Shown here piece by piece: positions 37,383 to 46,428 of a stretch of 64,000 nucleotides of DNA. The notes beneath the pieces were generated by a model. That model was given only the letters and a program-made list of their open reading frames with translations, did no database searches and was not told the origin of the DNA. Position numbers and translations under genes: made by a program. The stretch spans positions 224,001 to 288,000 of the forward strand of contig CALSNU010000001.1 in NCBI GenBank assembly GCA_943787795.1, in the 5' to 3' direction. Within the stretch, counting starts at the first letter, position 1. Each line of letters starts with the position of its first letter. The DNA comes from an uncultured bacterium. Lineage in GTDB: Bacteria > Planctomycetota > UBA1135 > GCA-002686595.

Positions 37383-38411
37383 ATGCACACCATCGACGTC
37401 ATCGACTCCCACACCGGGGGAGAGCCCACGCGCCTGATCGTATCGGGCGGGCCGGAGCTGGGCCGAGGGCCCCTCCGCGAGCGGGTGGCCAGGTTCCGCG
37501 CAGATTTCGATCACATCCGGAGGGCTGTGACGCTCGAGCCGCGAGGGTCAGACGTGCTGGTGGGAGGGTTGATCTGCGAGCCGCACGACGAGACGTGCTC
37601 CTTTGGGGTCATCTTCTTCAACAACGTCGACTACCTCGGGATGTGCGGTCACGGGACGATTGGCCTGATCAACAGCCTCCAGCACCTCGGGCGGATCGAG
37701 CCTGGCGTTCATTCAATCGATACCCCCGTGGGTAAGGTGACGGCAGACCTCGCGCCAAGCGGCGTCGTGAGCGTGAAGAACGTCAAGAGCTACCGGCTCG
37801 CCGCCGGCGTCGAGGTCGACGTCCCCGGACTCGGCACGTTCGCTGGAGATGTGGCCTATGGGGGCAACTGGTTCTATCTCGTCAGGTCCTACCCCGACGG
37901 ATTGAGCGTGCCGGAGCTCGAGGTGGAGCACCACGCGCGCTGGACCGAGCTGGGGATGCGCCTCAGGGCCTCGCTTGCCTCCAGCGGAATCACCGGAGAG
38001 GGCGACGCCGAGATCGATCACGTGGAGTTCTTCGGCGCGCCAGCGGACCCGCAGCACGACTCCCGCAACTTCGTCCTCTGCCCCGGCGGCGCGTTCGATC
38101 GGTCGCCCTGCGGCACGGGGACAAGCGCCAAGCTCGCGTGCCTGGCCGCGGACGGCGTGCTGGGACCGGGGGAGTCCTGGGCGCAGGAGAGCATCATCGG
38201 TAGCGTCTTCACGGGCAGCTATCAGGAGGGCCCTGAGCCCGGGGTGATCTTCCCGACGGTCTCCGGCATGGCCTTCGTCAGCGCGCAGGCGAGCCTGATC
38301 ATCGACCCGCGCGACCCGCTCCGGCATGGCTTCGCCGTCTCCTCCGCCGTCTCCTCCGCCGTCTCCTCCGCTGGCCCTTCTATTGGCCCTTCCACTGGAG
38401 CCCCCGAATGA
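37383..38411 (+). CDS. 4-hydroxyproline 2-epimerase (proline racemase family)
   Basis: DSHTGGEPTR, EPRG, both catalytic Cys in GMCGHGTIG and DRSPCGTGTSA. Alternative start 37374. Confidence 0.9.
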   Translation: MHTIDVIDSHTGGEPTRLIVSGGPELGRGPLRERVARFRADFDHIRRAVTLEPRGSDVLVGGLICEPHDETCSFGVIFFNNVDYLGMCGHGTIGLINSLQHLGRIEPGVHSIDTPVGKVTADLAPSGVVSVKNVKSYRLAAGVEVDVPGLGTFAGDVAYGGNWFYLVRSYPDGLSVPELEVEHHARWTELGMRLRASLASSGITGEGDAEIDHVEFFGAPADPQHDSRNFVLCPGGAFDRSPCGTGTSAKLACLAADGVLGPGESWAQESIIGSVFTGSYQEGPEPGVIFPTVSGMAFVSAQASLIIDPRDPLRHGFAVSSAVSSAVSSAGPSIGPSTGAPE

Positions 38412-39727
38412 GCGTGTCCTCCGCCGGCATCACAGGGAAAGAGGGCGACGGCCTGGCCTCCGGGGACGGAGCTTCCGGCGACTCGGTCCTCGTCATTGGC
38501 GGTGGCGTGATCGGTGGAATGTGCGCTTGGTACCTCCACAAGGCGGGCTATCGGGTGACCGTGATGGATCAGGGCCAGTTCGGAGCCGCGTGTTCCCACG
38601 GGAACTGCGGCTATGTCTGTCCGAGCCATGTCCTGCCGCTCTGCCAGCCGGGCGCCATCGCCAAGACGATGAAGGCGATGCTGCGGCGAAACTCGCCCTT
38701 CGCCATCAAGCCTCGGGCAAGCCGGGCGTGGATCGCGTGGTTCTGGAACTTCATGCGAGCCTGCGAGGGGGGCCGGATGATGAAGACGGCGGCGGGTAAT
38801 CACGCGCTCCTGCAGTCCTCTCTCGAGCTCTACCGCGACCTGGTCAAGGAGGAAGAGATCGACTGCGACTGGCAGGAGCGCGGCCTGCTCTTTGTCCATG
38901 ACAACGTGGCCGACTTCGAGGCCTACGCGGAGACCGATGAGCTGCTCCGCGAGCACTTCGGCCAGGGGGCGACGCCCTACGCGGGGGATGACGTGCTGAG
39001 CCTCGAGCCGGCGCTCAAGCCAGGCCTCGGCGGAGCCTGGCACTACGAAGGGGACTGCCACCTGCGACCGGACATGCTGATGGCGGGTCTCCGCCGTCGC
39101 CTCGAGGCGGGGGGCGTTCAGTTCATCGAGGGCCAGGCGATGGAGGGCTTCCGCCGCGAAGGGTCGACGGTGCGCGCCGTGGTCTCGGGGGGCGAATCGA
39201 TCGAGGCCAGCCGGTTCATCGTCGCCACCGGAGCGATGACCCCGATGCTGAATGACCACCTCGGGTTCAAGATCCCGATCGAGCCGGGCAAGGGATACTC
39301 GATCACCTCGGCCCGTACGGACCACATGCCGGTTCATCCGATCATCTTCGAGGATTCCCACGTGGCGGTGACGCCGATGAGCACAGGCTTCCGTGTCGGG
39401 TCGACGATGGAGTTTGTTGGCTACAACACCTCGATCCATCCCCGTCGGCTGGGGCTCCTCACGGCGGCCGCGAAGAAGTACCTGCGGGGCTCGGTGCCCG
39501 ACGAGGTGGAGGAGACGTGGTACGGGTGGCGCCCCATGGTCTGGGACGGGCGTCCGATCATCGACAGGGCGCCGGTTCATGACAATGTCTGGATCGCCGC
39601 CGGTCACAGCATGCTCGGCCTGAGCATGGCCACAGGGACCGGCCGTCTGATCTCCGAGTTGGTGTCCGGCGACCATCCCCACGTGGATCCCGAGCCCTAT
39701 CGGGCCAGTCGGTTCATGTCATCGTGA
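38408..39727 (+). CDS. FAD-dependent D-amino acid dehydrogenase, probable D-hydroxyproline dehydrogenase
   Basis: VIGGGVIG, CSHGNCG, PGKGYS, WYGWRP, AAGHSMLG. ATGA overlap with the epimerase. Confidence 0.88.
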   Translation: MSVSSAGITGKEGDGLASGDGASGDSVLVIGGGVIGGMCAWYLHKAGYRVTVMDQGQFGAACSHGNCGYVCPSHVLPLCQPGAIAKTMKAMLRRNSPFAIKPRASRAWIAWFWNFMRACEGGRMMKTAAGNHALLQSSLELYRDLVKEEEIDCDWQERGLLFVHDNVADFEAYAETDELLREHFGQGATPYAGDDVLSLEPALKPGLGGAWHYEGDCHLRPDMLMAGLRRRLEAGGVQFIEGQAMEGFRREGSTVRAVVSGGESIEASRFIVATGAMTPMLNDHLGFKIPIEPGKGYSITSARTDHMPVHPIIFEDSHVAVTPMSTGFRVGSTMEFVGYNTSIHPRRLGLLTAAAKKYLRGSVPDEVEETWYGWRPMVWDGRPIIDRAPVHDNVWIAAGHSMLGLSMATGTGRLISELVSGDHPHVDPEPYRASRFMSS

Positions 39728-39806
39728 TGGACACCGGGCCCGCTCTGGGCGGGCTCCAGGGGGGCGAGGTCGTGGGTGACTCATGGAGACACGCCCTGCG
39801 TGGTCC

Positions 39807-40493
39807 TCAGCCGAGCAGGGTGAAGTGCCAGACCCGTCCGGGGCGGAGCCTCAGTCGGATGACCTGGCGTTCCTGGTCTTCGGCGCCGACCTCCAGTTCC
39901 AGCACGCACTCCCCGGCGCTCTCCAACTCGGCATGGGTCACCTCGAAGAAGAGCACGAGGGGCTCGTGAGCGGAGACGTTCAGCGTCGACCCTGGAGCGG
40001 GCAGTGGAGTTCCGAGATCACCCTCTTGGCCGTGGACGGACCAGGCCACCGGCGAGAGCGGCGCCTCGATGCCTCCGGGCAGGATTCGGACCGCTCGTGG
40101 GTCGATCGAGTGGGTCGCGGTGGGCAGTTCGGCGCCCCAGGTCGACTCGCCTTCGTAGGCCACTCGGAGGGCGAGCGAGACCCGGGTGTCCTCCTCGTCG
40201 GGGCCTATGCCGAAGGTGGGCAGGACCGGCAGCAGGACGCCGAGCGCCCAGATGGAGGTGCTCCGGTCGCGGATAGAGAGGTGCAGGCCCTCGGGGGAGA
40301 GGGGCACGGTCGCGACCTTGCCAGCCCCGCTCAGGATCACGTTCATCCCCGCGAACCGTCCGGCATGGTCGGAGACCGTCACCTCCACCCCTGCTGGTCG
40401 TTCAAGCTCCACGGGCGCCCAGCGCTTCGAGGAGGAGACGAGGGCGCAGCTGGAGAAGAAGAGGGGAGCGAGTAGGGGCAGGGCGCGCTTCAT
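39807..40493 (-). CDS. Hypothetical lipoprotein
   Basis: MKRALPLLAPLFFSSC lipobox-like N-terminus; 228-aa ORF. Confidence 0.6.
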   Translation of the reverse strand: MKRALPLLAPLFFSSCALVSSSKRWAPVELERPAGVEVTVSDHAGRFAGMNVILSGAGKVATVPLSPEGLHLSIRDRSTSIWALGVLLPVLPTFGIGPDEEDTRVSLALRVAYEGESTWGAELPTATHSIDPRAVRILPGGIEAPLSPVAWSVHGQEGDLGTPLPAPGSTLNVSAHEPLVLFFEVTHAELESAGECVLELEVGAEDQERQVIRLRLRPGRVWHFTLLG

Positions 40494-41207
40494 GGTCGAT
40501 CATCCCGGATGAGAGACGCTGCAAGGGAGAGGCCACCGTCGATGGCACTCATCTCGCCTGACGTCGTTCCTGGTCAAGAGGGTGCACTTCTCCGGCGACG
40601 GACAAGGGTCGAACTGAAGTCCAAGCGACGAGACGGAGTCCGCCGTCCTTGTGAACTCCCTTCACCGCAAGCGTGTCCGCCCGCCATGGTCGCGATGGCG
40701 AGTCGGCTGATCCGTGCTGCCAGGCATGACGGTCCCAGTCGAGCTTGTTCGCGTCGGTGTCCTTCGCGGCGTTGAGGTCCTGGCCACCCGGCTGATGCCG
40801 GCCGATGGGCACGCCTACGACCCGAGGCTCCTTCGACCCCGCAATGACGTCAACCTGATCCTTCACCGTATTCGCCGGGTTGTCTGGATCAACGGCCGGG
40901 TCATCTGGATCGACGGCAGGGCAGCTGGGGATACGCCAGACGGGCCCCCTTGCTTCAAGAGACGCAGCCAGAGTGGTCGTTGCCGCGATGCAGCTCCCGG
41001 AGTCTCCCCAAGGTCGAACATCGTCCAAGGATGATCTCAGGGACGGGTCTCGAAACGGTACTCGAGGCCTGCAGGCAGGGTCGGCTGCTCCGTGGCGATC
41101 CAGCGACCTTCCTGGGCGGGGCGTTCAACTCAAGATCCGTGAGTCCAGAGTCGAGGGTGAAATACCAGGTAGATCCCCGTAAGGCACGAGGGGTTCGCTC
41201 CATCCCC

Positions 41208-43055
41208 ATGTCGCCGACTCAACCTCTCCTCGACCTCTCACTTGGCGCGCTCACGCTCGGTGACTTCGCCTGGCCGATCGCGTTCGCGGCCTTTGGGGCA
41301 GCGATGTTCTCCATGTGTACCTATCGGCGCAATTGCGTCCGAGGGAAGGCCATCGAGGCCCTGGAGCAAGCGCAAGCCACCATGGTCGCTATCGAGAATG
41401 GCGTCGATGCGGACCGGCACCCGAAGCAGGGGGACGGACCTTTCGAAGATCAGCTCCACACGATCCGCTCGATCGGTCGTCGTCTCGCGGCCCGTACTCG
41501 GCACCTGAGCGCGATCATCGAGGCTGAGCCAGAGTGCGTGAAGATCGTCAACGCTGCGGGACTCCTGGTACAGATGAACCCTGCTGGGCTGCGAATGATC
41601 GCGGCAGACAACATGGAGCAGGTCCAGGGCCTCCTGGTCGAGGACCTTCTCCTGGAGGAGCACCGCTCGGCGTTTCGTGAAATGCACGCCAGCGTCCTCG
41701 AGGGAAACTCCGCCTCGCTCACCTTCCAAATCGAAGGGCTTGATGGTCAGCGTCACTGGATGGAGACCTGCGCAGTCCCCCTCGCGGATAGCGAAGGCGA
41801 GATCGTTCAACTCGCTGTGACCCGCGAGGTCACCGAGCGCAAGCGACAGGAGGACGAGACCAGCGAGGCCCGAGAGCGCGCCGAGGCTGCCAACAAGGCG
41901 AAGTCGGACTTCCTCGCCAACATGAGCCATGAGCTCCGCACCCCATTGACCGCGATCCTTGGCTACTCCGACCTCCTCGGTGGAGAAGAGGACATCAGCG
42001 AGGACCACTCGATCGCCCTCCGTGCCATCAACGGGAGCGCCGAGCATCTGCTCGCCTTGATCAGCGACGTCCTCGACGTCTCGAAGATCGAGGCCGGGCA
42101 CCTGGAGGTGGAATCCGTCACCTTCGACCTCGCAGGAGTCATCAAGCGGACCGTGCAGGCGCTGCACCAACAGGCGGTCGAGGCGGGGATCACGCTCGAT
42201 GTCGAATGGGCACCTGACGTTCCCCACGCGATCCAGTCGGACCCCGTCAGGATCCGGCAGATCCTCAATAACCTCCTCTCCAACGCCCTGAAGTTCACCT
42301 TGGACGGGGGCATCAAGGTCCGAGTCAGCGCCGGAGCGAGGTCCGCTCCGGAGGGCCGCTTCCTGCTCCAGATCGCGGTCACAGATACCGGCCTCGGGAT
42401 GGAGGCGTTGGCGATCGAGCGACTCTTCGAGCCGTTCCAGCAGGCGGACAGCTCCACCACCCGCCGCTTCGGCGGGACGGGCTTGGGGCTCGGCATCTCC
42501 CGCCACCTGGCCCGGGTCATGGGCGGTGAGCTCACCGCAGAGAGTCAGATCGGGTCGGGCAGCACCTTCACTCTGGAGGTGCCGGTCACGCCGGCCATAG
42601 ACTCCGAGGTCAAGCCCTTGCGGGACGTCGATCACTCCCGCTTCGAAGGGCGGGTCCTCATCGTCGAGGACAACCTGGTGAACCGGAGAGTCCTCAGAAA
42701 GCTGCTTGAGCGCAGGGGCCTCGATGTGGAGACGGCCGTCGACGGGAGCGAAGGCCTGCAGCGAGCGCAGCAGTCTGTCGGAACGAGCAAGCCATTCCAG
42801 CTGGTCTTCATGGACATGCACATGCCGGTCCTGGACGGGTACACCACAACCCGGATGCTGAAGGACACGGAGTTCCAGGCCCCGATCGTGGCGCTCACCG
42901 CCTCCGCCATGGCCGATGACCGTCGCCGCTGCCTCGACGCAGGATGCGACGACTACCTCCCCAAGCCGGTGGACAAGTCGGCCCTGACTCAACTCCTCTC
43001 GAGGTACCTGGATCCAGGCTCCCCCTCGCGGTCCGGGGGCGAGGCCCCAGGCTGA
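41208..43055 (+). CDS. Hybrid sensor histidine kinase (TM-PAS-HisKA-HATPase-REC)
   Basis: PAS (EAEPECVKIV..MNPAG), FLANMSHELRTPL, NLLSNALKFT, GGTGLGL, FMDMHMP, DDYLPKP. Confidence 0.93.
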   Translation: MSPTQPLLDLSLGALTLGDFAWPIAFAAFGAAMFSMCTYRRNCVRGKAIEALEQAQATMVAIENGVDADRHPKQGDGPFEDQLHTIRSIGRRLAARTRHLSAIIEAEPECVKIVNAAGLLVQMNPAGLRMIAADNMEQVQGLLVEDLLLEEHRSAFREMHASVLEGNSASLTFQIEGLDGQRHWMETCAVPLADSEGEIVQLAVTREVTERKRQEDETSEARERAEAANKAKSDFLANMSHELRTPLTAILGYSDLLGGEEDISEDHSIALRAINGSAEHLLALISDVLDVSKIEAGHLEVESVTFDLAGVIKRTVQALHQQAVEAGITLDVEWAPDVPHAIQSDPVRIRQILNNLLSNALKFTLDGGIKVRVSAGARSAPEGRFLLQIAVTDTGLGMEALAIERLFEPFQQADSSTTRRFGGTGLGLGISRHLARVMGGELTAESQIGSGSTFTLEVPVTPAIDSEVKPLRDVDHSRFEGRVLIVEDNLVNRRVLRKLLERRGLDVETAVDGSEGLQRAQQSVGTSKPFQLVFMDMHMPVLDGYTTTRMLKDTEFQAPIVALTASAMADDRRRCLDAGCDDYLPKPVDKSALTQLLSRYLDPGSPSRSGGEAPG

Positions 43056-43079
43056 GGTCGGGGCGCCTCGATCGAACCG

Positions 43080-43640
43080 GCCTCGAGGGTGACGGTGAAC
43101 AGGCCGGCCGCGGCGAGGATCTTGAAGGTCTCCCCCCCAGAGATCCTTGGCGGCAGAGCTGGAGGCGGCGCTCTCGATGGCGGCGCGGACGCCGGCCAGG
43201 TCGCAAGCCGTGAGCCCGAGCCAGCGCAGCCTGCGCGCGCTCAAGAGCTGCGGGAGGCGCCAGAGCACACGCCCGGCGGCGACGGCGGCGTAGGCCATCA
43301 CCGCGACGTCGCTTCAGTTCCGCACCCCTGGCAGGGCCGGAGTCGGCACCCCCTCCGACCGGAACTCGTGACTCTGGAAGCGCTCGTCGATCCCGGAGAC
43401 CAGGAGCTCGGTCGACGCGACGAGCCAAGACCTCCGCGGGGCGGAGCCGGGGCCGGTCAGGAAGGCGAGACCGAACAGCGCGGAGGCGCAGACGAGCCAC
43501 ACGCTGCCGGCCAGGTCGATGGGTCCGCCTTCGCGGAACAAGTGGTTCGGCCGCTCGGGAGGGCCGAGCGCCATCCAGACATCGCTCCACGCTAGGGTCA
43601 CGCCGTACGCGACCGCGATCGGGGCGCTGAGGCCCTCGGG
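43080..43640 (-). pseudogene. Degraded multi-TM membrane protein gene (boundaries approximate)
   Basis: Hydrophobic frame ...GIDERFQSHE...VRN*SDVAVMAYAAV has an in-frame TGA at 43314-43316 and a frameshift in the C7 run at 43132-43138 that restores ETFKILAAAGLF. No clear start. Confidence 0.5.
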
Positions 43641-43815
43641 TGGCGAGTTGGTCCGGCTCCCCTCATGCTGCGGAGCGAGTTCCTCGACCCATGGGGACCA
43701 AGATGATCCACCCGCATCGCGACGCGGGGTCTCCCCCTTGTTCAGGGCGTATCCGAACCCATGTCGGCCCTGGTCGGCCCCGTCGGCGATGCCCTCGTCT
43801 AGCGGCTCAGCGCGC

Positions 43816-43910
43816 GAGGCCGGGGCAACGGAGAGGCCGGGGCAACACGGAGAGGCCGGAGCAACACGGAGAGGCCGGGGCAACACGGAGAGGCCGGGGC
43901 AACGGAGAGG
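43816..43910. repeat. 17/19-bp tandem repeat, 5 copies (GAGGCCGGGGCAAC[AC]GGA)
   Basis: Units at 43816 (17 bp), 43833, 43852, 43871 (19 bp each) and 43890 (17 bp). Confidence 0.92.
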
Positions 43911-44097
43911 ACGGGAGCCGCGGAGTGCCGCCCATGGAGGCCCCCGCGGAGACGGTCTTGTGCATGGCGCGCGTCCCTGCCGTAGCTGGCGGAGGCGGCC
44001 CAGGCGCCGCTGCGATCGCCTCGAGCTCCACTTCGGGCCCCACTGAGTGCCCTCGGACCGTTCGGTTCCGTGCGTCCCTTCCCCGTATCCTTGGCCC

Positions 44098-46284
44098 ATG
44101 CCGCTCTCGTCCACGAGCTCCCTGCTGCTCGCAGGGGCCGCCCCCCTTGCTGGCGCTGTCCTCCTCGCCGCAGCGGGGCTCGCCCAGGGAACGAGCGAGC
44201 AACGCCCGCCGTTCACGGACTATTGCGAGCGACTGGAGCAGGAGATCCAGGGGCGCAAGCACGGGTTCCTGGCCGGGGACCTCACCTGCTACGTGGGTGG
44301 GTTCCACGCGAGCTGGGCTCCGGTCGAGGACGAGACGATCGGGTTGACCCACCCGTTCCACCACGACCTCAGGAGCCGAGGCGTCGGTCGACTCGCAAGC
44401 GAGCTCGAGGGCGGACAGCACACCGGCACCGGAAACGACGAGCTGGGCTGGGAGTTCTACAAGGACACCCGCGTCCTCTTCGGCAGCGTCATCGTCGACG
44501 GGCGCGTGATCGAGCACCCCGCGCCCACGAGCATGCGCTGGCGACCCGATCAGCTCATCTGCACCTATGAGCTGGACGGCGTCACGATCCAGGAGAGGAA
44601 GTTCATCGACGGCAACGACGCCGCGGCGAGCCACATCATCGCCTCGCGCCCCGTGACCCTCCGCTTCACGGGACACAGCTTCTGCCATCGCGAGAGCGTC
44701 TCCTCCAGCGCCGAGCTCCGCTACTCAGCGGCTGCCAACGCCCTCCTGATCAAGGAGGGGGGGACCGTGCGCTCCAGGCCCGACCCGGGCGGCGAGCGAA
44801 GGGTGGGGCCGCATGTGTACTCGGGGATGACGACCGTCCTGAGCGCCTCCCGTGACTTCGCTCAGAGCCACACCGCGGAGCGAGACGAGGCGGGGGTCTG
44901 GCGCTACTCGCTGTCCGTCCCCTGCGACGCGAGCGGCACTGTGGTCTCGTGGGCCATGCACGACGACCCGGCGGTCGCCACGGGCGCGGCGCGCGCCGTA
45001 CTCGAAGACGTCGAGGCGCGGCGCTCGAGCAAGACCGCCGAGATGAACCGCCTCTTCAACGATGAGGTCCCCTGGTTCCGCTGCCCGGATGAGCGCGTGG
45101 TGGACATCTACTACTACCTCTGGTCGCTCTACCTGATGTACATGATCGAGGTGGGCCGCGGCTGGGAGATGGAGGCCCACACTCAGACGGCGGTCAACAA
45201 CTTCCTCGGCATGCACCGCTACGACGCCGCCTTCCAGATCAAGGTCGGCGCCTGGACGAGCGACAAGCGACGCCTCGCCTATGGCAACGTCCTCACGTGG
45301 AAGCACCTGACCGAGGGTGGCCACTACCTCGAGCTTCCGGATGGCCTCCGGCTCCTGCCCGATACCAAGGGCGTGTGCTGGCACAGCGGCGTCTACGGCC
45401 CGGAGGCCTCGGAACACGTGCTCGGAGCCTGGCAGCTCTACGAGCACACCGGCGACCTGGACTTCCTCAAGGCGTGCTACGAGGGCCACTTCGCCGAGCT
45501 CTTCTGGAACCGCATCCCTAGCGTCGCCATGAACGAGTTCGAGGTGGCTCAGACGCTGGAGGAGATGGCCTCGCGCACAGGCCACGAAGTCGACGTGGAG
45601 CACTGGGCGAGGCTGGTCCGCCGCGACCCCACACACATCCGCGAGCAATTCGATCAGCGGTGGGGTGCGAACGGGGTCGAGGACTACTTCGCGGCGCCCG
45701 AGGGTGCGCCGCTGACGACGAACGGGTTCTGGGCGATGCGGTCTCCGTGGTTCCCTGAGGAGTACGCGCGCCCCATGGTGGAGGCATGGGCCCTGGATCG
45801 CGAGCGGGGCTTCAACGGAGCCTTCTTCCCGCTGGCCATGGCGCGCCAGTCCATGGAGCGCTTCGCCAGCGACGTCGACCGCTCCTTCGGGTACACCCCC
45901 GACACGGCCTACTTCACCCTCGACGGCATGTTCCGCCAGCGGCTCGGCGCCACGGCCGCCGCGCTCACGTTGGATCACCTCCTCCACTACAACTTCCACG
46001 AGGAGTGGGGCATCCCGGTGGCCCCGGAGGCCTACCGGCGCGACGGCACGCCCTTCGGCGATCAGTACTCCAACTTCAACGCCGGCAAGCTCCTGCTGAT
46101 CCTCGAGGGTCTCGCCGGCCTCGATTACTCGATCCCCGAAGATCGACTGACCGTCCGCCCGGCGCTCCCCGAGGCGTGGGATTGGATGGAGCTTCGCCTC
46201 CCCATCGCAGGCCAATGGACACGGGTCCGGGTCACGCCTGAGGGCGTTCAGGTGACCGGTTGCCCGCTCCAGGTCGAGCGCTGA
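44098..46284 (+). CDS. Exported six-hairpin glycosidase-like protein (trehalase/GH63-like)
   Basis: Signal peptide, beta-rich N-terminal part, IYYYLW, YEHTGDLDFLK, APEAY, LEGLAGL..RPALPEAW C-terminus typical of (alpha/alpha)6 glycosidases. Confidence 0.6.
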   Translation: MPLSSTSSLLLAGAAPLAGAVLLAAAGLAQGTSEQRPPFTDYCERLEQEIQGRKHGFLAGDLTCYVGGFHASWAPVEDETIGLTHPFHHDLRSRGVGRLASELEGGQHTGTGNDELGWEFYKDTRVLFGSVIVDGRVIEHPAPTSMRWRPDQLICTYELDGVTIQERKFIDGNDAAASHIIASRPVTLRFTGHSFCHRESVSSSAELRYSAAANALLIKEGGTVRSRPDPGGERRVGPHVYSGMTTVLSASRDFAQSHTAERDEAGVWRYSLSVPCDASGTVVSWAMHDDPAVATGAARAVLEDVEARRSSKTAEMNRLFNDEVPWFRCPDERVVDIYYYLWSLYLMYMIEVGRGWEMEAHTQTAVNNFLGMHRYDAAFQIKVGAWTSDKRRLAYGNVLTWKHLTEGGHYLELPDGLRLLPDTKGVCWHSGVYGPEASEHVLGAWQLYEHTGDLDFLKACYEGHFAELFWNRIPSVAMNEFEVAQTLEEMASRTGHEVDVEHWARLVRRDPTHIREQFDQRWGANGVEDYFAAPEGAPLTTNGFWAMRSPWFPEEYARPMVEAWALDRERGFNGAFFPLAMARQSMERFASDVDRSFGYTPDTAYFTLDGMFRQRLGATAAALTLDHLLHYNFHEEWGIPVAPEAYRRDGTPFGDQYSNFNAGKLLLILEGLAGLDYSIPEDRLTVRPALPEAWDWMELRLPIAGQWTRVRVTPEGVQVTGCPLQVER

Positions 46285-46428
46285 CGGCGCCTCGAGCGCC
46301 GAGGGGCACCGGAGCGATCGAGCGTTGACCCTCGAGTGAAGACTGGGCTGAGGCCGGCACTCGAGCGGAGGGCGACACGGGGCTGGCCGCTCAGGACCTG
46401 CGTCAGGAAGCGCCGGGGCTGCCGCGGC

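Noticed and set aside
21552..43910. Tandem arrays at 21552, 31293 and 43816 as CRISPR arrays
   Set aside because: Units are head-to-tail with no unique spacers, and no cas genes are present.
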